Shown piece after piece: positions 58,012 through 64,000 of a DNA stretch of 64,000 nt. This stretch comes from Caryophanon sp. (GTDB lineage: Bacteria; Bacillota; Bacilli; Bacillales_A; Planococcaceae): contig JAHAYH010000029.1 of assembly GCA_018384745.1 (NCBI GenBank), positions 2,119-66,118 of the forward strand. Reading direction: 5' to 3'. Made by a program: the position numbers and the translations under genes. How positions within the stretch are numbered: the stretch's first letter is position 1; each line of letters starts with the position of its first letter. The notes below the pieces were generated by a model. That model saw nothing but the letters and a program-made list of their open reading frames with translations, did no database searches and had not been told where the DNA came from.

Positions 58012-60063
58012 TTAGTCAATGCGCTCTCCATCGAGCACACCAGATTGCGCAAGTACGTGGCGAAGCGGCGCATATGCTTCATGTTGCCAAAAAGCATCCG
58101 TTTGCACAAGCTCACTCGCCGTTTGACGTGCCACCTCTAGCGCGCGATAATCATGCACTAAATCAGCTACCTTAAATTCCGGTAAACCGCTTTGCTTTTT
58201 GCCAAAGAAATCCCCTGGCCCGCGTAGCTCTAAATCTTTTTGCGCAAGCTTGAAGCCGTCGTTCGTTTCGGTCATTGACAGCATGCGCTCTTTTCCCTCA
58301 TCCGTTTTCGGGTCTGCAATGAGTACACAATAAGATTGATGCTCGCCACGCCCAACGCGTCCACGCAGCTGATGGAGCTGTGCTAAGCCGAAGCGCTCGG
58401 CGTCATACACGACCATAAACGTGGCATTCGGTACGTTAACGCCGACTTCAACAACCGTTGTCGATACTAAAATATGCAGCTTACCTTCACTAAAGTCCCG
58501 CATGACCGCATCTTTTTCAGCTGGTGTTAAACGCCCGTGCATTAAACCGACTTCAAAGCGCCCGCGAAAAATTTCACGCAGTTGCTCATACGCTTCGACC
58601 GCATTTTGCACATCTAACTTGTCCGACTCCTCAATGAGTGGGCAAATCGCATACGCTTGGCGTCCTGCTAACAACTCACTTTCCAGCTTTTGCACGACCG
58701 CGCCAAACTGCTCCTTTTTCACCCAATGCGTTTCAATCGGTTTACGCCCTGCTGGCATCTCGTCAATAATTGATACGTCCATTTCGCCAAACGCTGTGAT
58801 CGACAACGTTCGCGGAATCGGTGTAGCGGTCATAAACAACACATCTGGATTTTCACCTTTATCACGCAAAATACGTCGTTGTTCGACACCGAAGCGATGC
58901 TGCTCATCGGTAATAACGAAACCAAGATTGTGAAACACCACTTCTGGCTGAATAAGTGCATGCGTCCCGATCAACAAGTCAATCTCGCCATTTGCCAGCT
59001 GTGCGAGTAGCTCACGGCGCGCTTTTCCTTTTACCGAACCTGATAATAACGCGACGCGCACGTTGAACGGCGCAAACCACGCGTGTAAGTTCTCCGCATG
59101 TTGCTCCGCTAAAATTTCGGTCGGTGCCATAAGCGCCCCTTGATATCCAGCTGTAACAGCCGCATACAATGTAATGGCTGCCACGACCGTTTTCCCTGAA
59201 CCAACATCCCCTTGCAGCAGTCGATTCATGCGGTATGGCGTTAATAAATCACGGCATACTTCGTTAACAACGCGCTTTTGGGCATTTGTGAGCTCGTATG
59301 GGAGTGACGCAATAAACGCTTTTAACTGTGCGTTATCAAATTTAATAACCGTGCCCACTTCGGTATCACGACGCGCTTTTCGCAGCGCCTGTATTTGCAG
59401 CTGAAATAAAAACAGCTCCTCAAATACGAAGCGACGGCGTGCTTGCTTCGCATGGTCGGCATGTTGCGGAAAATGAATGCCTTCTAAGCCTGTTCGTACG
59501 TCGACAAGCTGATATTGTGTGCGCACCGCTTCTGGCAACACATCGACTAAATAGTCCCCGTACGTATCAAGCGCTTGACGCATAAAACCGCGAAAGCGCT
59601 TTTGCTGAAAATTACCGCGCAAACTATAGACTGGCTCAAAGTCGATTTGATCGGTTTTTGGGCCAAAATGAACGTGCGTGCCGTTAATAGCTTGACGCCC
59701 TTGGTCCCATTTACCGGTAATTGTCACAATATTTCCAGGTATAAGCTTTTGCTTTAAATACGTTTGATTAAAAAAAACCGCTTTAATTAAATGACGCCCG
59801 ACTAAAATTTGCACTTGTAGGCGCGATTTCCCTTTCCCTAAAAACATGACAGACGCTTCACGCTCCACGCGCGCTTCTACTGTGACACGTTCATTGTGCG
59901 GCGTCTGCGCTAAATCTTTCAACCGAAAGTCTTCATGTCGATACGGAAATGTATACATCAGGTCATAAACAGTTTGAATGCGAAGGGCAGCTAAATGCTC
60001 AGCTGTTTCTTTGCCGACACCTTTAAGCTCGGTGATCGGCGTTTGCAACTCACGATTGAACAT
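58012..60063 (-). CDS. recG: ATP-dependent DNA helicase RecG
   Basis: 683 aa. Walker A GDVGSGKT and DEQH box VITDEQHRFG. Its first 14 nt overlap the sdaAA 3' end. Confidence 0.97.
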   Translation of the reverse strand: MFNRELQTPITELKGVGKETAEHLAALRIQTVYDLMYTFPYRHEDFRLKDLAQTPHNERVTVEARVEREASVMFLGKGKSRLQVQILVGRHLIKAVFFNQTYLKQKLIPGNIVTITGKWDQGRQAINGTHVHFGPKTDQIDFEPVYSLRGNFQQKRFRGFMRQALDTYGDYLVDVLPEAVRTQYQLVDVRTGLEGIHFPQHADHAKQARRRFVFEELFLFQLQIQALRKARRDTEVGTVIKFDNAQLKAFIASLPYELTNAQKRVVNEVCRDLLTPYRMNRLLQGDVGSGKTVVAAITLYAAVTAGYQGALMAPTEILAEQHAENLHAWFAPFNVRVALLSGSVKGKARRELLAQLANGEIDLLIGTHALIQPEVVFHNLGFVITDEQHRFGVEQRRILRDKGENPDVLFMTATPIPRTLSITAFGEMDVSIIDEMPAGRKPIETHWVKKEQFGAVVQKLESELLAGRQAYAICPLIEESDKLDVQNAVEAYEQLREIFRGRFEVGLMHGRLTPAEKDAVMRDFSEGKLHILVSTTVVEVGVNVPNATFMVVYDAERFGLAQLHQLRGRVGRGEHQSYCVLIADPKTDEGKERMLSMTETNDGFKLAQKDLELRGPGDFFGKKQSGLPEFKVADLVHDYRALEVARQTASELVQTDAFWQHEAYAPLRHVLAQSGVLDGERID

Positions 60064-60946
60064 CTGCTGCGCTTCCGAAAATTTTACGCGCTAATGCCTG
60101 ACCTGTTGGCGTTGCCGCGAGTCCACCGCGAGCCGTTTCTTTTAAGCTCGGGCTCATTTGCTGTCCAATTCTAAACATCGCACCGATGACCTCATCTGTT
60201 GGAATGCGACTTGTAACACCTGCTAGTGCCATATCCGCTGCAACAAGGGCATTGGCGGCACCCATTGCATTACGCTTTACGCATGGGACTTCTACTAATC
60301 CTGCGACTGGGTCACACACAAGCCCAAGCATGTTTTTCATCGTAATCGAGAACGCTTCGGCACATTGCTGTGGCGAACCACCTGCCATTTCAACAATTGC
60401 AGCTGCACCCATTGCCGCTGCCGAGCCGACTTCCGCTTGACAACCGCCTGCTGCACCTGAAATGGACGCATTGTTTGCCACAACGAAACCAAATGCACCT
60501 GATGTGAATAAAAAGCGAATCATTTGTTCACGCGTTGGGTTTAATTTATTTTTCACCGCAAATAATACACCAGGCACAACACCTGCTGAACCCGCTGTTG
60601 GCGTTGCACAAATTGTGCCCATTGCTGCGTTTACTTCATTTGTCGCCACCGCTTTACTCACCGCGTCTAGCAATAAATCACCGCTTAACGCGTTGCCACT
60701 TTGAATGTAGTTTTGAATTAATACCGCATCGCCACCTGTTAAGCCCGTTACCGATGTCACACCGCGAAGTCCACGCTCTACCGCTTCCTCCATGACCGTT
60801 AAGTTGCGGTCCATTTGTGCCATAATATCCTCTCGGCTGCGGCGTGTCATGCCGATTTCTTGCTCGATCATAATTTCTGAAATTAATTTACCTTCTTGCT
60901 CTGCACGCTCGACTAGCTCGCGTACGTTATGGAATAACACGTCCAT
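60050..60946 (-). CDS. sdaAA: L-serine dehydratase, alpha subunit
   Basis: 298 aa. Motif GTICATPTAGSAGVVPG. Follows sdaAB. Confidence 0.95.
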   Translation of the reverse strand: MDVLFHNVRELVERAEQEGKLISEIMIEQEIGMTRRSREDIMAQMDRNLTVMEEAVERGLRGVTSVTGLTGGDAVLIQNYIQSGNALSGDLLLDAVSKAVATNEVNAAMGTICATPTAGSAGVVPGVLFAVKNKLNPTREQMIRFLFTSGAFGFVVANNASISGAAGGCQAEVGSAAAMGAAAIVEMAGGSPQQCAEAFSITMKNMLGLVCDPVAGLVEVPCVKRNAMGAANALVAADMALAGVTSRIPTDEVIGAMFRIGQQMSPSLKETARGGLAATPTGQALARKIFGSAADVQS

Positions 60947-60959
60947 GTAGAGCGCCCCC

Positions 60960-61622
60960 TTACGTATTCATTTTCGATACTTTTGTAATATGTGGAATGT
61001 ATGAGATTTGCTCGATGATGCGATCATCTACATTTTCATCCACTTCAATTACCATCAATGCTGTTAACCCTCGCTCAATGCGCGATACTTCCATATGCCC
61101 AATGTTCACAGCGTGCATTGCTAAGCAGTTTGCCACGTTCGCAATACAGCCTGCACGGTCGTCATGCACAACTAAAATGGTTGGCATACCGCCTGTTAAA
61201 TGCAGCTTGAAACCATTGACTTCACTAATTTCAATTTTACCGCCGCCGATTGAAATGCCGACAACGCTCATTTCACCGTCGTCATCACCCATGACGATGC
61301 GCGCTGTGTTTGGATGCTCCGTATGAGCCGTCTCCGGTAAAAATGTATACGTCATGCCCGCTTTTTCCGCCTCGGCAAATGCCGTTTTAATGCGCTCATC
61401 ATCGGTATCATAATCAAGTAACCCTCCGATAATGGCCACGTCTGTGCCATGTCCTTTATACGTTTCTGCAAACGAGCCATATAAGTGAATCGTTGCCCAT
61501 TTTGGCTGACGTCCAAACAAATCTCTCGCTACTCGTCCAATACGCGCAGCACCTGCTGTATGTGACGAGGAAGGACCAATCATAACCGGCCCGATAATGT
61601 CAAACACTGATGTAAATTTCAT
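60960..61622 (-). CDS. sdaAB: L-serine dehydratase, beta subunit (with ACT-like C-terminus)
   Basis: 220 aa. N-terminal SVFDIIGPVMIGPSSSHTAGA. Confidence 0.95.
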   Translation of the reverse strand: MKFTSVFDIIGPVMIGPSSSHTAGAARIGRVARDLFGRQPKWATIHLYGSFAETYKGHGTDVAIIGGLLDYDTDDERIKTAFAEAEKAGMTYTFLPETAHTEHPNTARIVMGDDDGEMSVVGISIGGGKIEISEVNGFKLHLTGGMPTILVVHDDRAGCIANVANCLAMHAVNIGHMEVSRIERGLTALMVIEVDENVDDRIIEQISYIPHITKVSKMNT

Positions 61623-61744
61623 CGTCCTTTTCCCTCCTCGAAGATGTGTACTTCATTGTAACTGAAATGATGGCTGAAAACCAACATATTGTGCTAAACG
61701 TCTGACCTTTACACATGTGCGAATAGCCGACATCATCTACACAA

Positions 61745-61781
61745 CAAAAAACCGCCCTGAACCGTGTTCCGTTCAGGGCAG
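61745..61781 (-). terminator. intrinsic terminator after yloV/fakA
   Basis: Minus-strand RNA GCCCUGAAC-(8 nt)-GUUCAGGGC followed by GGUUUUUUG. Confidence 0.8.
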
Positions 61782-61789
61782 CACCACTA

Positions 61790-63433
61790 CTATTCTACTG
61801 AAATAATATATGGATATAACGGCTGTTTACCGTTGAATACTTCCACTTCCGCATCTTCAAACTGGCTTTCAATAAATGTTGCTAGCTCGTTTGCTGCGTC
61901 TTCTGTCGTATCTTCACCGTAAATCACCGTAATGATTTCTGAATCTTCATCAACCAGCTGTGTTACAACTTGCTGTGCCGCCTCTGTTAATGTTGGCGTT
62001 GATAAAATAATTTTACCTTCTGCTAGTGCCATGTAGTCGTCTTTGCGAATGTCGACACCATCAATGGACGTATCGCGCACTGCGTACGTTACTTGACCTG
62101 TTTTCACTTGCGTGAACGCTGCTGTCATCGCTTCTTTGTTGTCTGCTACTGGTTGCTCTGGATTGAACGCTAAGATCGCTGCCATCCCTTGAGGAATTGT
62201 TTTCGTTGCAACAACTGCTGCTTCAATATCAAGTAACTCAACCGCCTGCTCAGCTGCCATGACGATGTTTTTGTTGTTCGGCAAAATTAATACGCGCTCT
62301 GCGCCGATTTCTTGTACCGCTTTTACGATGTCTTCTGTTGACGGGTTCATCGTTTGACCGCCTTCGATGACATACGATGCACCGATTGAACGAAGTAAGT
62401 CTGCAATGCCCTCACCCATCGCAATTGTTACGATGGCATATGGTACTTTTGTGATTTCTTTTTTCGGTGCTTGGTGGTTTTCACCAACGATTGCTGTATG
62501 TTGTTCACGCATGTTATCGACTTTAATTTTCATTAAGCTGCCGTACTTTTGTCCAGCTGTTAATACTGCACCCGGTGTTTCCGAGTGAATATGTACTTTT
62601 GCAACTTCATCGTCTGAAATAACTAATAATGAATCACCCATGACGCTTAGTTCTTCGCGGAATTTAAACTCATCAAACGGCTCTTTTTCCGCATCTAAAC
62701 GCACCATAATTTCTGTACAGTAGCCAAATTCGATATCTTCTGTATTCATGAAATCTTGGGCACGGTGATGCTCTGCATTAATTAAATCATCTAATGATGC
62801 GTCGTTTTTCTCCGGCAACGCTTCGCCTTTTAATGAGGCTAAGAAACCTTCATAGACGAATAATAAACCTTGACCGCCGCTGTCAACAACGCCGACTTCT
62901 TTTAATACCGGTAAAAGGTCCGGTGTGCGATCAAGTGATGCTTTTGCTTCCGTTACAAGCGCTTCGGTAATTTCGATTAAATCGCTCGTGCGCTCCGCTG
63001 CTTCCACTGCTGCTTTTGCGCCGTCTTTTGCGACCGTTAAAATCGTACCTTCCACCGGCTTCATCACCGCTTTGTACGCTGTGTCAACACCCGCTTGGAA
63101 AGCTTGTGCATAATCTTGTGCTGTTACTTCGTCTAGCTTTTCAATATGTTTACCAAAGCCGCGGAATAACTGCGATAAAATAACGCCCGAGTTGCCACGT
63201 GCGCCCATTAATAACCCTTTTGATAATGCTTGTGCTGTTTTCCCAATATGCGCTTGTGCGTGTTGTTCTGTTTCCTTCGCACCTGACGTCATTGATAAGT
63301 TCATATTTGTTCCTGTATCACCATCTGGCACAGGGAAAACGTTTAAAGAATCTACATAGCCTGCGTTTTGGTATAAATGGTGTGCACCCATTTGCACCAT
63401 TTCGGCAAACTTTAATCCGTCTAAAGACTGCAT
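61790..63433 (-). CDS. fakA: DAK2/DhaL-domain protein YloV (fatty acid kinase FakA homologue)
   Basis: 547 aa. DhaL nucleotide-binding motif FPVPDGDTGTNM, then a central and a C-terminal FakA-type region. Confidence 0.88.
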   Translation of the reverse strand: MQSLDGLKFAEMVQMGAHHLYQNAGYVDSLNVFPVPDGDTGTNMNLSMTSGAKETEQHAQAHIGKTAQALSKGLLMGARGNSGVILSQLFRGFGKHIEKLDEVTAQDYAQAFQAGVDTAYKAVMKPVEGTILTVAKDGAKAAVEAAERTSDLIEITEALVTEAKASLDRTPDLLPVLKEVGVVDSGGQGLLFVYEGFLASLKGEALPEKNDASLDDLINAEHHRAQDFMNTEDIEFGYCTEIMVRLDAEKEPFDEFKFREELSVMGDSLLVISDDEVAKVHIHSETPGAVLTAGQKYGSLMKIKVDNMREQHTAIVGENHQAPKKEITKVPYAIVTIAMGEGIADLLRSIGASYVIEGGQTMNPSTEDIVKAVQEIGAERVLILPNNKNIVMAAEQAVELLDIEAAVVATKTIPQGMAAILAFNPEQPVADNKEAMTAAFTQVKTGQVTYAVRDTSIDGVDIRKDDYMALAEGKIILSTPTLTEAAQQVVTQLVDEDSEIITVIYGEDTTEDAANELATFIESQFEDAEVEVFNGKQPLYPYIISVE

Positions 63434-63451
63434 TCGATTCCGTTCCTCCTC

Positions 63452-63814
63452 TTATACGTTCATGACACGCACACCTTGAACAAAAATGTTCACAGATTTC
63501 ACGCTCATACCTAATGTTTTATTGACTGTATATTTTACTTTTGATTGGACTTGGTACGCAATTTCAGAAATTTTCGTTCCATAGCTTACGATAATATACA
63601 TATCGATATGTAAATCGTCGTTTTGTTGGCGAACGATTACACCTTTTGTAAAGTTCTCTTTACGTAAAATATCTGTCAGTCCATCTCGAATTTGGTGTTT
63701 AGATGCCATCCCAACGATCCCGTAACATTCGATCGCTGCGCCTCCTGCAATTTGTGCAATTACATCGTTCGAAATATCAATTTGACCGAACTCGTTGTTT
63801 AATTCAATTGACAT
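63452..63814 (-). CDS. yloU: Asp23/Gls24-family envelope stress protein (YloU)
   Basis: 120 aa. Asp23 family pattern (DVIAQIAGGAAIECYGIVGM ... VNIFVQGV). Directly upstream of yloV, as in B. subtilis. Confidence 0.88.
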   Translation of the reverse strand: MSIELNNEFGQIDISNDVIAQIAGGAAIECYGIVGMASKHQIRDGLTDILRKENFTKGVIVRQQNDDLHIDMYIIVSYGTKISEIAYQVQSKVKYTVNKTLGMSVKSVNIFVQGVRVMNV

Positions 63815-64000
63815 ATTAAATGCCCCCTTGGCTCTATTAGACTAAACTATATTGTACTATACAACAACCTATTATAAAAGAAAACGTACTAATTAAGCTA
63901 GTGAGACATAGTATGTATTTTTTCGAATCGCTTTTAGCCGTTCAAAATGTAAGCAATGAATGCAGCCGTAAGCTTGTCGCATAAGCATATGTGTAAAAAA

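Noticed and set aside
1-64000. Search by eye for CRISPR repeats, tRNA/rRNA genes, IS elements or inverted terminal repeats, prophage or defence genes
   Set aside because: None found. The only recombinase is xerC in its housekeeping context, the only repeats are the coding fliY tandem repeat and terminator stems, and intergenic regions are short and accounted for by promoters and terminators.

Overview
All recognisable genes in this 64-kb window lie on the minus strand. It reads as a conserved core-chromosome block of a low-GC Firmicute (order Bacillales; I cannot name the species from the sequence). It is almost gene-for-gene colinear with the Bacillus subtilis yloU-to-sigD segment.

Gene order in transcription direction (high to low coordinates):
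- yloU(asp23-like), yloV/fakA, sdaAB, sdaAA, recG
- fapR-plsX-fabD-fabG-acpP
- rnc-smc-ftsY, ylxM-ffh
- rpsP-khpA(ylqC), rimM-trmD-rplS, lepB, rbgA
- rnhB-ylqG-ylqH, sucCD, dprA, topA, trmFO
- xerC-hslVU-codY
- a complete about 27-kb fla/che flagellum and chemotaxis operon (flgB to cheD), followed by sigD

Most protein calls rest on catalytic or signature motifs read directly from the supplied translations. Several ORF-track starts were trimmed to the start codon that has a Shine-Dalgarno sequence, and a few genes use GTG or TTG starts.

I also list intrinsic terminators, sigma-A-type promoters, a FapR operator, a candidate L19 leader and a coding tandem repeat. All of these were read by eye, so their confidences are moderate.

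I see no CRISPR array, tRNA or rRNA gene, transposase, prophage, defence island or obvious compositional break. This looks like an ordinary housekeeping and motility region, not an accessory island, and I do not claim a new system.

The most interesting items:
1. An uncharacterised FliK-like plus FlhB-C-terminal-like gene pair (ylqG/ylqH type), translationally chained to rnhB. It may be preceded by a SigD-like -10 element.
2. sigD is separated from the fla/che operon by an extra small membrane-protein gene, a hairpin with a T-tract, and its own extended -10.
3. flgE is bracketed by stem-loops. The downstream loop sits between a strong Shine-Dalgarno sequence and the flbD start codon.
4. A near-perfect 45-bp tandem duplication lies inside a Pro/Gln-rich linker of FliY.
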